Origin: an uncultured bacterium
GTDB lineage: Bacteria; SAR324; NAC60-12
DNA: 64,000 bases
Assembly (NCBI GenBank): GCA_965662845.1
Contig: CBFIJD010000009.1
Span: 20,564-84,563 of the forward strand
Direction of reading: 5' to 3'
The notes under the pieces are model-generated. The model was not told the DNA's origin. It worked only from the letters and a program-made list of their open reading frames with translations, and made no database searches. The position numbers were made by a program, and so were the translations under genes. Below are positions 1 to 9,417 of this stretch, piece after piece. How positions within the stretch are numbered: position 1 is the first letter of the stretch; each line of letters starts with the position of its first letter.

Positions 1-204
1 TGTGACGTTGATGCCGCACAGGTTGAGCCCACGGATGCCACGGATCGCCTCGGCGAGGTGCGCTCGTTCTACCGGAAACGGCACATAGACGGCGTCAAGA
101 TTGAGGCTTGCGAAGCCGGCGTTGTGCATGACAGGCGAGAGCGAGTGACTGACAGGATTCCCGATAACGCCATAAACTTGTGTGCTGCCTTTAAGAAAAT
201 CCAT
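1..204 (-). CDS. aroE: Shikimate dehydrogenase AroE, N-terminal part (gene runs off window start)
   Basis: Reverse-strand translation from ATG at 204: MDFLKGSTQVYGVIGNPVSHSLSPVMHNAGFASLNLDAVYVPF, the canonical AroE N-terminus. Not in ORF track because truncated by window edge. Confidence 0.7.
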   Translation of the reverse strand, partial: MDFLKGSTQVYGVIGNPVSHSLSPVMHNAGFASLNLDAVYVPFPVERAHLAEAIRGIRGLNLCGINVT

Positions 205-208
205 GTGT

Positions 209-478
209 TCACTCTGCTTCGTTGAAGCGATTGTTGATCAACTCCAAAACGGCGGCGAGGGCTGCTTCTTCGTCGCTCCCATGGGTTTCCACAGCGATCG
301 TCGTCCCCTTGGTTGCGGCGAGCATCAGCACCTCCATAATCGTTTTGGCGTTCGCTTGCTGAGGGCCTTTCTTGAGCGTGACGGAGGCCTGAAACTGCGT
401 TGCGACTCGTACAAGTTGAGCCGCAGCGCGAGCGTGTAGACCAAGGCGGTTGATGATCTGCACGTCTTGAGAGGTCAT
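209..478 (-). CDS. ptsH: Phosphocarrier protein HPr (Thr at position 46 instead of Ser)
   Basis: Internal ATG of 142-aa track ORF 209..637: MTSQDVQIINRLGLHARAAA...; His15 motif GLHARAA; ~89 aa. Start lies 1-2 nt after metK stop. Confidence 0.8.
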   Translation of the reverse strand: MTSQDVQIINRLGLHARAAAQLVRVATQFQASVTLKKGPQQANAKTIMEVLMLAATKGTTIAVETHGSDEEAALAAVLELINNRFNEAE

Positions 479-479
479 G

Positions 480-1637
480 TTACAGACCTGCTTGCTGGCG
501 CAAGGCGGTCGCTTTGTCGGTGCGTTCCCAAGTGAATTCGGGGATCTCTCGTCCAAAGTGGCCGTAAGCGGCGGTTTTTCGATAGATTGGGCGCAAGAGG
601 TCGAGAGCCTGCACAAAACTACCGGGCTTGAGTTCAAAGTTATCGCGGATCAGTTTGGCGATTAACTCTTCATCCACTTTGTGAGTTCCAAAGGTGTCAA
701 CCGAGACCGAGACGGGCTCTGCGACGCCGATGGCGTAGGCGAGCTGCACCTCACATCGTGAAGCCAGACCTGCTGCGACCACGTTCTTGGCGACATAACG
801 CGCGACATAAGCCGCGGAGCGGTCTACTTTAGAGGGGTCTTTGCCTGAGAAGGCCCCACCCCCGTGACGTCCCATCCCACCGTATGTATCAACGATGATC
901 TTGCGCCCCGTTAATCCTGCGTCGCCTTGAGGGCCCCCGATGACGAAACGGCCGGTGGGGTTGAGGTGATATTTGATATTGCCTTGATCAAACTCGGGCG
1001 GGATGACTTGTGCAATCACCTCGCTGCGCAGGTCTTCATGCAGTTTGGGCTGCTCAATTTCGGGGGCGTGCTGGGTGCTAATGACGACGGCGGTGACTTC
1101 GACCGGTTTGCCGTCTACATACCGAACCGTGACTTGGGATTTTCCGTCTGGACGAAGATAGGGCAGGATCCCGTTCTTGCGAACTTCGGTGAGGCGTGCG
1201 GTGAGGCGGTGCGCCAAGAGAACGGGCAGAGGCATCAGCTCTGGGGTCTCATCGCAAGCGAAGCCAAACATCAAGCCTTGGTCGCCGGCGCCTTGTTCTT
1301 TGTGCGCGGTTTCATCCACTCCCTGTGCAATGTCGGGAGACTGTCGGTCGAGCGCAATCAAGACGGCACAAGTGTGGTAGTCAAAGCCCATATCGGAGCT
1401 GGTGTAGCCAATCTCTTTGATAGTGCTGCGTACGATCTCTTGGAAGTCGACCTGTGCTTTGGTGGTGACTTCCCCAGCGATCACGGCCATGCCTGTGGTG
1501 ACAAGGGTCTCGCAGGCGACGCGACTGTGAGGGTCTTCTCTCAACATTGCATCTAAAATCGCGTCGGAGATGTTGTCAGAAATTTTATCAGGGTGGCCTT
1601 CGGTGACACTTTCAGAGGTGAATAGCATTTCGGGCAT
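480..1637 (-). CDS. metK: S-adenosylmethionine synthetase
   Basis: 385 aa; N-terminus [21 protein letters not shown] and overall MetK architecture. Confidence 0.95.
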   Translation of the reverse strand: MPEMLFTSESVTEGHPDKISDNISDAILDAMLREDPHSRVACETLVTTGMAVIAGEVTTKAQVDFQEIVRSTIKEIGYTSSDMGFDYHTCAVLIALDRQSPDIAQGVDETAHKEQGAGDQGLMFGFACDETPELMPLPVLLAHRLTARLTEVRKNGILPYLRPDGKSQVTVRYVDGKPVEVTAVVISTQHAPEIEQPKLHEDLRSEVIAQVIPPEFDQGNIKYHLNPTGRFVIGGPQGDAGLTGRKIIVDTYGGMGRHGGGAFSGKDPSKVDRSAAYVARYVAKNVVAAGLASRCEVQLAYAIGVAEPVSVSVDTFGTHKVDEELIAKLIRDNFELKPGSFVQALDLLRPIYRKTAAYGHFGREIPEFTWERTDKATALRQQAGL

Positions 1638-1802
1638 AGAATTCCGTTGGGTTGGTTACCATGAGGGCGAACAAAGGTAGGTGCTTGCGCACGTGGTGAG
1701 GCGCTGCTGGCAGAGATGGATAGGCTGTAAGGCAGGCCCTTGGTGGATGTTGCTCGCGCGGTTGCGAAAAGCCATGACGAATACGGAAAAGCATCCCGCT
1801 TG

Positions 1803-4133
1803 TCAAGTCTCCTGGGGGTTGACAACTAACTTAAACGAGCTTCGTTTAAACTCGCGTCGGTCTAGAATTTCAAGGTAGTGAGAAGCAAGCTGGTGTAAAT
1901 TCTCCTCTTCCAAAAGAAAATCTTCTGGCGAGCAAATACGGAGCAGCTGCGAGAAATACAGACGCGCGTCAAAAACGTTCCGCTCATGATAGGCAAGGAC
2001 GCCCAAGTGATACAACACTTGGGGTTGATTCGCGGCTAGCTCTAAACTTTTGAGCAAGGCGTCGCGGGCTTTATTGGGATCATCAATCGAGAGGTAGAGC
2101 TTGCCTGCTTCTAAAAACAATTGTGCTCGCTCAACAGAGGATAAATTGGGCTGCTGAACTAGCTCATCTAAGCTCTGCAAGAAGATGCCTGGGTTGCATT
2201 TTCGGTTTTGCACTCTTGGGAAGTTAAGAATGGTGAAGGCTGACAAATGCTCGTCTTCTTCTGAAAGTTTCAACATCTTTGCGGTGAGAACTTCTGCGTA
2301 AATCGTAGAGCGAAAACGGGCATCGGTGCGGAATTCAAGTTGCGCGTCACAGTTCTTACAGTGCAAGACATCTGGAAACCACAAGTCCTGATCCTGTAGC
2401 AGGCGCCGTTGCTCTAGCAACTCTGCATCAATGTATAGTTTGTGAATCGGGTAGTGATAGCCGCTCTGACAGGCAGAACAGTAAATTCTGACATGCGGAT
2501 CGGTGTCTTGATGAAACTCTAATGGTTCATCAGGAGGTAACAAATCTTCTTTGTGGTGCAGCAAACAGAGCAAACAGAGCAGCTGCCGGACTGCGTTCTC
2601 CCCTTTGCGGTAGTATTGGAGCAGTGGCGGAATGAATCGTTCATCAGGCACTTTCTCAATTAAATTCAAGAGCTGATTGAAATGATGATGAATCAACAAA
2701 GGAAAGTGTTCCAACGCGCGTTCAATCACACTTTGATTGGGAAAGCGAACAAACAACTCTAAGGCGTAGTCCAGATGCTCATGCTGTCGTGTTTCGACTA
2801 ATCCGGGAAACCACTGATCATAAGTGTGAGAGAGCTGGAGCAACAGCGGTTCAATTCGATACTGCCAAGGCCGAGGTAAAACCATTGGAAAAGGGTACGC
2901 TTCTTGGGATAGGTCAGGGTTGATCAAGCGAAGCAGTGCCTCTTTCGGTTGGTTGGAGACGGAGGGAGACAATTGCCCAACAATCGTTCGACGCGTTTCT
3001 TCTGGTAACTCCAGCAGGGCTTCGAGAAACAGTCTCATCCACGTTTGCCGCAGTAACGGCGAATGATAAATCCGTAGCCCAGTTTCTAAGTTGAGCAGGG
3101 GATCTTCCAAAACCTCTGCTTCGCGCAAACGCAACCAACCCGACAAAGGCAAGAACAACAAAAGCACAAACTCTTGATCCTGAATTTTCAAAATCGTCGC
3201 GTCCCAATCTTTCTCGGCAATTCTGTGAAACTCTTGCAGACAGACCCACTCTGGAGTCTCGGCGTGCTGCTCCAAAGAAGTCTCCATCAGCTCTTGCAGC
3301 GACTGCAGCAGCGTGCGGATCTCATTTTGTTTGCGATGCAATTCAACCAACGACAAAACTCGCTGATAAGCGGACTCAATCGGCAAAGAGAGACTGCGCA
3401 AGCCTTCGAGATAGATCTCTTGAAGAGGAGTCCCAAATTGCAGCTGCCCTTGCAGCCAGTTCAGCAATTCAGTGCAATCGAAGATGCTCGCCAGATGATG
3501 AAAAAACTGCGGGTCAGTGTAATGTACCCGAAAGAAGCGGTAGTGCTGCATCAACAGGTCGACTTGTCGAGCATTTTGGGCGCTCTGGCACAAGCTGCCG
3601 AACAGCGTAAGCGCTTTGAGGTGGTTTTCGCGTTGCGACCACAACGCTTGTTCTAACCAAGCCCACGTCTTCAAATCTAATTCGTGTAGTAAGCAGTCAG
3701 CGGCACACTGTAAATCGGAAATTTGCAGCTCTTCAGCTTCCCAAAGGTTTGCAAACCAATGCTGAAGGGACGGTTGGACGGGCTCATATCCCATCTCAAC
3801 TAAGGCTAAGGCGCAGGACTGCTTAATGGGCCCTGTAGAGCGATTGAACATGCCATAGAGGGGGAACGCAAATTTCTGTAGCTTGTGGCGTCCGATCAGA
3901 TGCACGGCGGCTTCACGTACTTCTTGGATGTCGGATTCGAGGAGTAAGTGCACAAAGTCGGGCACCCGCTCTTGCCAGCACTCAATGAGTTGATATGTCG
4001 CCCACATCCGTACTTGGCGATGTTCCGAGCTGAGCAGCGCAAGCGTTTGCTCAAAGTTCAGCACGCGCACGTCGCTCGCTGCCGCGTTTATTTTTGGCAA
4101 CTGTAAGCTTCCCTGACTTATGTCTGTTTCCAT
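1803..4133 (-). CDS. Large hypothetical protein with N-terminal HEAT-like repeats, central Cys-rich (CxxC...CxxC) segment and C-terminal TPR-like repeats
   Basis: 776-aa ORF; HEAT-like HRQVRMWATYQL / DIQEVREAAVHLIG; CSACQSG...CKNCDAQ; C-terminal TPR-like LYHLGVLAYHERNVFDARLYF. Start uncertain (overlaps divergent hemW start). Confidence 0.5.
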   Translation of the reverse strand: METDISQGSLQLPKINAAASDVRVLNFEQTLALLSSEHRQVRMWATYQLIECWQERVPDFVHLLLESDIQEVREAAVHLIGRHKLQKFAFPLYGMFNRSTGPIKQSCALALVEMGYEPVQPSLQHWFANLWEAEELQISDLQCAADCLLHELDLKTWAWLEQALWSQRENHLKALTLFGSLCQSAQNARQVDLLMQHYRFFRVHYTDPQFFHHLASIFDCTELLNWLQGQLQFGTPLQEIYLEGLRSLSLPIESAYQRVLSLVELHRKQNEIRTLLQSLQELMETSLEQHAETPEWVCLQEFHRIAEKDWDATILKIQDQEFVLLLFLPLSGWLRLREAEVLEDPLLNLETGLRIYHSPLLRQTWMRLFLEALLELPEETRRTIVGQLSPSVSNQPKEALLRLINPDLSQEAYPFPMVLPRPWQYRIEPLLLQLSHTYDQWFPGLVETRQHEHLDYALELFVRFPNQSVIERALEHFPLLIHHHFNQLLNLIEKVPDERFIPPLLQYYRKGENAVRQLLCLLCLLHHKEDLLPPDEPLEFHQDTDPHVRIYCSACQSGYHYPIHKLYIDAELLEQRRLLQDQDLWFPDVLHCKNCDAQLEFRTDARFRSTIYAEVLTAKMLKLSEEDEHLSAFTILNFPRVQNRKCNPGIFLQSLDELVQQPNLSSVERAQLFLEAGKLYLSIDDPNKARDALLKSLELAANQPQVLYHLGVLAYHERNVFDARLYFSQLLRICSPEDFLLEEENLHQLASHYLEILDRREFKRSSFKLVVNPQET

Positions 4134-5274
4134 GCTCTCTGCACTGTATGTTCACATTCCGTTTTGTCACAGCATCTGTCCATTTTGTTCCTTTGCCGTA
4201 AGACGCAATCGCGCGACAGCACACAGCGGCTATTTGGAGGCTCTCCAGCAAGAACTGAAGCTGCGTTTGAGAGAGTCTGACGAAGTTCTGGCGCCGTTGC
4301 AAACTATCTACGTGGGGGGAGGCACGCCCTCTACCCTGACGAGCAAAGAAGTGCACCAGCTGATGCAAGCGATTCGCCAGCGCTGGGAATGCACTGCGGA
4401 CATTGAGATTGCATTTGAGTGCAATCCTGAAGACGTAACGCCAGAATATTTGGAGTCGCTTGGTTCGACGGGAATAACGCGCTTGAGTCTGGGGGGGCAG
4501 AGCTTCCAAGCCGAGACTCTGGAGCGTTTGCAACGAAATCACTCGCGAGCACAATTATTGACAGCTCTTGAGCATTTGCACAACTTCGGCTGGCAGAACT
4601 TCAACCTTGATTTGATGTTTGGCATTCCGCAGCAACGCTTAGAACAGTTTCAAGAGGATGTGTCTCAAGCGTTGCAGTCGCAGCCGCAGCATGTGTCTCT
4701 TTATGGCTTAGAACTGCCCGCAAACACGCCTTTTGGAAAAGACGCTGACATCCAGCGCTGGAGCGAAGAGACCCAAGCACTGAGCGAGGAAATGTATCTC
4801 TGGGCAGTGAAAACGCTCACCCAAGCCGGGTGGCTCCACTATGAAGTCTCTAACTTCGCGCGGCCTCAACACGAAGGACGGATGAATCAGCTAGTTTGGT
4901 CAGGGCAGCCCTATCTGGGGATCGGGGTCGGAGCCCACTCGTTTGTAGGAAACCGCCGATGGGGAAATGTGCGTTCATTGCAAAAGTACCACGCCTCGCT
5001 ACAGCGTGGAGACGCTCCGGTCGCTTTTGAAGAGAACTTAACCGACTCGCAGCGGGCGAATGAGTTCCTTATGTTGCAGCTGCGGCAAACTCGCGGCCTC
5101 AACCTGCAAGTGTGGAAGGAGCGTTTTGCGCCGTCGGCTTGGAGTGAAACATACCGAGAGCTGCTGAATAAGTGGGAAGAGGTGGGCTTAGTGAGACAAG
5201 AGGCCGAGGTCTTGAAGCTGACGCCTAGGGGACTTCTGGTGGCGGATGCGTTGACGCTGGAGTTGAGCCTTTAG
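4120..5274 (+). CDS. hemW: Radical SAM heme chaperone HemW / coproporphyrinogen III oxidase-like
   Basis: LYVHIPFCHSICPFC radical-SAM CxxxCxxC motif, HemN/HemW family layout, 384 aa. Confidence 0.85.
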   Translation: MSVSMLSALYVHIPFCHSICPFCSFAVRRNRATAHSGYLEALQQELKLRLRESDEVLAPLQTIYVGGGTPSTLTSKEVHQLMQAIRQRWECTADIEIAFECNPEDVTPEYLESLGSTGITRLSLGGQSFQAETLERLQRNHSRAQLLTALEHLHNFGWQNFNLDLMFGIPQQRLEQFQEDVSQALQSQPQHVSLYGLELPANTPFGKDADIQRWSEETQALSEEMYLWAVKTLTQAGWLHYEVSNFARPQHEGRMNQLVWSGQPYLGIGVGAHSFVGNRRWGNVRSLQKYHASLQRGDAPVAFEENLTDSQRANEFLMLQLRQTRGLNLQVWKERFAPSAWSETYRELLNKWEEVGLVRQEAEVLKLTPRGLLVADALTLELSL

Positions 5275-6140
5275 CGCATCGTCGCGGCGCTCTCTTCCCA
5301 CCAACGGATGTGCGTGGCGAGGCCTTCGGGGTGCAGAGTCTCCGAAGAACGGGTGGCGCTATGCGGAGCCAACAGGCCGCGTTCAAGGGGCCAGCTCTCA
5401 AGCGCCAAATGCAACGAAAAAGTGTTCATCGCTAAGGTCCGCAGACGCTCTTGCTCGGGCAGTCGCAAAAACGGGCTTTCCTCCCATCTGATTTGGCGTT
5501 GAGTGCGCTCCGCATAGAGCACGGCCTGAGGACGAGTGTGCGACAGCTGGAACATGGCGAGGCTGTCATGCAGCAAAAAACGATAAGACGGCAAAGCCGG
5601 CTCCCGCACCAACACCAACGCATGCTTCCAGTGATGCAGCCAGAACTGATGCTGCATATAGTAAGTAACCGCCGGACGCCACAACCAGTCAGTCTCCAAT
5701 TGAATGCCCGCCAAGCCCTGCTTGATCGCAACTTGCTCTAGCCAATCTAAAAGCAGCTCCCCAATTTGTTGTCCTCGAAAAGCAGGCCGCACATAGACGC
5801 TCCCAATGAACAAGCGAGAGGTCAGCCATTGGGGGCGCCGCACCGCGACAATCCCAATGCGTTCGGAGCCCTGTACGATCCAAAATTGCAGAAATTCTTT
5901 CCACGCATTGGGGTGGATTTGAGACTCGGTTGGGAGTAAGCAGCGACGCAGCCAGTAGCGTCGCGTTGTGTCATCCCACTGCAAGGGGTCGGCTTCGTGG
6001 AAGCAGCGATGTTCCACCAAGATCGCCAGATCAAAGTCTGCCCAGAGCGCCCGCTCGTGTGCCTCAGGGCGGATTGGTTCTAAAAAGCCGCACTCGCTGA
6101 TGGCGGCGCGGAGGGGATCGGTCGTCACAGCTGTCGACAT
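5271..6140 (-). CDS. GNAT family N-acetyltransferase with ~150-aa N-terminal extension
   Basis: C-terminal GNAT signature IGIVAVRR...VYVRPAFRGQQIGELLLDWLEQVAIKQG; 289 aa. Confidence 0.6.
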   Translation of the reverse strand: MSTAVTTDPLRAAISECGFLEPIRPEAHERALWADFDLAILVEHRCFHEADPLQWDDTTRRYWLRRCLLPTESQIHPNAWKEFLQFWIVQGSERIGIVAVRRPQWLTSRLFIGSVYVRPAFRGQQIGELLLDWLEQVAIKQGLAGIQLETDWLWRPAVTYYMQHQFWLHHWKHALVLVREPALPSYRFLLHDSLAMFQLSHTRPQAVLYAERTQRQIRWEESPFLRLPEQERLRTLAMNTFSLHLALESWPLERGLLAPHSATRSSETLHPEGLATHIRWWEESAATMR

Positions 6141-6142
6141 AT

Positions 6143-6793
6143 TCAGGCAAGAAAGACTTCAGGAAGTTGTGCGAGAATGGCGTTGTGCACCGCTTCAATG
6201 GATGGCGTTGCGTCGATGGCACGGCAGCGTTCAGAGTGTTGCTCCACGAGCGTTTGGAAAGACGTGGCAACGCGCTGAAAAAATGCGGTGGATTCCTGAT
6301 CGAAGCGCGTGGGCGCCTCGCTGTTCTTGTGTTGAGCACGCTGTGTCAAACGCTGCTGGGCAAGCGGCACAGGAAGCTGCAACACAAATGTTCGATCTGG
6401 CGAATGCGGCGCGATCTGCTCGTGCACAATGGACTGCAAAAAACGCAGATCGAGCTGTCGCCCACCGCCTTGATACGCCACCGTCGAGTCGTGGAAGCGG
6501 TCGCTGATTACATGAGTTCCGCTTGCAAGCGCAGGCAGAATCCGCGTCTGTAGATGCTGAATGCGGTCAGCCAGATAGAGCAACAGCTCCGCGGCAGGCA
6601 CGGGCGTTTCGATGTCTGGATGCAGCAACAGTCGCCGAATCTCTTGCCCAAGGGCGGTTCCTCCGGGCTCTCGTGTGAGCAGCACATTGTGTCCCAAGGA
6701 CTGTAAGTGTTCGGCGAGGAGCCGCGCTTGCGTGCTTTTGCCGCAGCCATCCAGACCTTCTAGGGATAGAAAAATGCCGCGTGTAGAGTTCAT
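6143..6793 (-). CDS. tmk: Thymidylate kinase
   Basis: LEGLDGCGKSTQ P-loop, TREPGGT, DRFxDSTVAYQG lid; 216 aa. Confidence 0.9.
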   Translation of the reverse strand: MNSTRGIFLSLEGLDGCGKSTQARLLAEHLQSLGHNVLLTREPGGTALGQEIRRLLLHPDIETPVPAAELLLYLADRIQHLQTRILPALASGTHVISDRFHDSTVAYQGGGRQLDLRFLQSIVHEQIAPHSPDRTFVLQLPVPLAQQRLTQRAQHKNSEAPTRFDQESTAFFQRVATSFQTLVEQHSERCRAIDATPSIEAVHNAILAQLPEVFLA

Positions 6794-7872
6794 GTGGGCT
6801 GCAACCGGAGGGGCAAGGTGACGCGGAACGTGGTGTGGCCAGGCTTGCTCTGCGCTTGAATTTCGCCTTGCAGCGCGTTGATCACGCCGTAAACGCGATA
6901 CAGGCCGAGCCCTTTGCGTTGCGGACCATGCGTAGTGAAGAAGGGCTCAAACACTCGATCGAGATTTTCGGGAGCAATGCCAGGGCCGTTGTCGGTGATG
7001 GTCAACTGTTGCTGGCCTGCTTCTGCGCGGAGCTGCACTTCAAGCTGTGGATTAGTGGTCTCTTGCAGGGCTTGCGCGGCGTTCCGAAACAATTCTCGCA
7101 TCAAATCGAGGATTTGTTGTTTAGGCAAAAACGAAGCGGGCGTTTCAGAGTTTAACTCCAGTTGCCGCTCGGTGTTCTCTGGAAACTGGTCGCGCTCTGC
7201 TTCCAAAGCCTCGCCTACGAGCTGCGCGAGGGAGAGCAGCTCTGATGTCTCGGTAACACTCCAGAACTCGCGTTTGAGCTCATGAAGCAAGTCTGCCGCT
7301 CGCCGAATGCCGCTTTCACAAGTGTCGATGAAACGGAAGCTCTTGGGGGATAGCTCTTGTTTGGCGAAGAGCCGCAAGTTAGTGAGCGCCATCTGGGCGG
7401 CTCCTAGCGGATTGAACAGCTCGTGCCCGATTTGCATCATCGAGTTGCCCATCGCGCGCCATTTCTCATTCAGCAATTGCTCTCGCCGCAAGCGTTGTAG
7501 CTGAAGGTGCGTATGAATCCGCGCCAGCACAATTTCTACCTTGAACGGCTTGGTGATGTAGTCTACGGCGCCAATCTCCAGACCGTGGACCTCGTCTACG
7601 GTCTCGCTGAGAGCGGTCATAAAGATGATGGGGATCTCCCGCGTGTAGGGGTTCGAGCGGATGCGTCGGCACGTCTCAAAACCATCTAACTCTGGCATCA
7701 TCACATCGAGCAGGATCAGATCGGGAGTGTCTCTTTCGAGGAGTTGAAGGGCATGTGTCCCGCTGGGACTGACGAGCACTTGGTAGTCTTGTCCGCTGAG
7801 AAAATCGAACAGGACGCCAAGATTTTGGGGCTGGTCGTCGACAAGGAGGATTTTGCCAGACTTTGCACTCAT
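6790..7872 (-). CDS. Response-regulator receiver fused to histidine kinase (REC-HisKA-HATPase)
   Basis: N-terminal REC (ILLVDDQ...DLILLDVMMPELDG...KPF) then H-box IGHELFNPL and HATPase G-boxes (DNGPGI, GLGL). 4-nt overlap with tmk. Confidence 0.8.
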   Translation of the reverse strand: MSAKSGKILLVDDQPQNLGVLFDFLSGQDYQVLVSPSGTHALQLLERDTPDLILLDVMMPELDGFETCRRIRSNPYTREIPIIFMTALSETVDEVHGLEIGAVDYITKPFKVEIVLARIHTHLQLQRLRREQLLNEKWRAMGNSMMQIGHELFNPLGAAQMALTNLRLFAKQELSPKSFRFIDTCESGIRRAADLLHELKREFWSVTETSELLSLAQLVGEALEAERDQFPENTERQLELNSETPASFLPKQQILDLMRELFRNAAQALQETTNPQLEVQLRAEAGQQQLTITDNGPGIAPENLDRVFEPFFTTHGPQRKGLGLYRVYGVINALQGEIQAQSKPGHTTFRVTLPLRLQPT

Positions 7873-7992
7873 AACGCTTCAAGGACAGATTAGAGAAAAT
7901 TCGGGTGCTGCAGGAACGTGACCATTTTGGAGTCGTACAGCGTGCCTTCATCCTCCTGCTCGCTGAAGCACAGGCAACTTCTGAGGTGAAGG

Positions 7993-9273
7993 TCAAGCGG
8001 AACGGCGCTGTTGTCGCCAGTGCCAAGCCCACGCAGGGGCCAATAACAGAAGCGCGAGACCCCACGCTTCGATGTCCACCCAAAACGCTAGGAAGAAACA
8101 ACCGCTGAGGCCCGCCCATGTGAGCCCAATCGGAAAGAGACGCTGCGCAGAGGGCATCAACAAAGCGGAGAGATTCGTGATGCCATAATACAAAAGCACT
8201 GTGACTGCGCTCAAAGACCACGTGAGGCCAACGTCCCCAATCAAGCACAAGGCGGCGATGACGCCTCCCATCACCCACACCGAGTGGTGCGGACTACCGC
8301 TGGAGTCAATCTCCGCGAACCAGCTGGGCAAGTCTTCTCGACGTCCCATGGCTAACAAAACGCGGGATAACCCCAGCACTAAGTTCAAGAGAACTCCGAG
8401 CATCGCAGTCACAGATCCCACTAAGATTAGAAACTGCTGGAAGCCCGACTGCCAAGCGTCAGCGATGCGCTCTAAGGGGACGGCTTGGGTGACAGCTCCC
8501 ATGTCTGTAGGCAGAGACGGCAAGTTGTCTGCGACCACCAAACCGACTCCACCGTACAGGATCACCGAGGTCCCTAACGTCCAGAACATTGCTTGGGGGA
8601 TGGTTTTGCGTGGATCGCGGACTTCTTCACTCATTGTCGCGATGCGTCCATAGCCAGTGTAGGCCACAAACATCAGCGCGGTTGCTTGGAAGATGTCGCC
8701 GAGTCCAATGTCGGGGCGGTGGTTCGTCCACTCTTCGCTGGCTTCTGCCGATAAGAACACACCGCCCAGCAGAAACATTCCGAGCACAAACAGCGTTGTG
8801 CCGACGATGTAGGTGTTGATTTGATTGGAACGCCGAATGCCCCGCGCGACGAGCCAAGTCATCGCCAAAGTCAGCAAAAAAGCCCCGGCTCTCAGCGTGC
8901 CCCCTGAGATGTTGATGCCCAGTGCGTACACGGTGTAGCTGACGGCTCCCAGCGCTGCGGTTGCCGCAGACGCACTCTTGGCAACCAAAAAGAGCCACCC
9001 CGCGCTCAATCCAGCCAAGGGGTGCACGCAGCGATAGCCGTATTCGTAGGTCCCGCCGCTCACAGGAAAAGCCGCCGCTAACTGAGCGCTATTGAGGCCG
9101 TTGCAAACTGCGACACCTCCAGCGAGCAAAATGGCGAGGACTACCCAATAGCCGCTGATCTCGGTGGCGAGGCCAACGCTCACAAAAATGCCAGTCCCTA
9201 CAATGGAGCCAAGCCCCAGGAAAACAGCACCCACGAGACCGACTTCCTGACGCAGAGAACCCTTCGCAGACAT
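7993..9273 (-). CDS. APC-family amino acid/polyamine permease
   Basis: 426 aa, ~12 predicted TM helices, GLGSIVGTGIFV motif typical of APC transporters. Confidence 0.8.
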   Translation of the reverse strand: MSAKGSLRQEVGLVGAVFLGLGSIVGTGIFVSVGLATEISGYWVVLAILLAGGVAVCNGLNSAQLAAAFPVSGGTYEYGYRCVHPLAGLSAGWLFLVAKSASAATAALGAVSYTVYALGINISGGTLRAGAFLLTLAMTWLVARGIRRSNQINTYIVGTTLFVLGMFLLGGVFLSAEASEEWTNHRPDIGLGDIFQATALMFVAYTGYGRIATMSEEVRDPRKTIPQAMFWTLGTSVILYGGVGLVVADNLPSLPTDMGAVTQAVPLERIADAWQSGFQQFLILVGSVTAMLGVLLNLVLGLSRVLLAMGRREDLPSWFAEIDSSGSPHHSVWVMGGVIAALCLIGDVGLTWSLSAVTVLLYYGITNLSALLMPSAQRLFPIGLTWAGLSGCFFLAFWVDIEAWGLALLLLAPAWAWHWRQQRRSA

Positions 9274-9317
9274 GCATGCTCCGTGGTTTGATGTTGATGG
9301 TTGAGACGTGAGCAGAG

Positions 9318-9337
9318 CAGCTCAGCAGCCTGAGCTG
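9318..9337. terminator. Perfect 8-bp stem / 4-nt loop hairpin (cagctcag-cagc-ctgagctg) between prkA stop and permease start
   Basis: Inverted repeat read directly; no clear U-tract on the minus strand, so rho-independent function uncertain. Confidence 0.35.
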
Positions 9338-9417
9338 AGGTGGTGTCGGATGTGCCAGACAGCTTTCAAGCGGTGCTTAGTCGCCCGCTGGGAGGACACG
9401 AACGACAGAGCCCTAAT

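Noticed and set aside
927-1556. 209-aa plus-strand ORF
   Set aside because: Lies entirely antisense within metK; high-GC shadow ORF with Gly/Ala/Val-rich composition and no motif.
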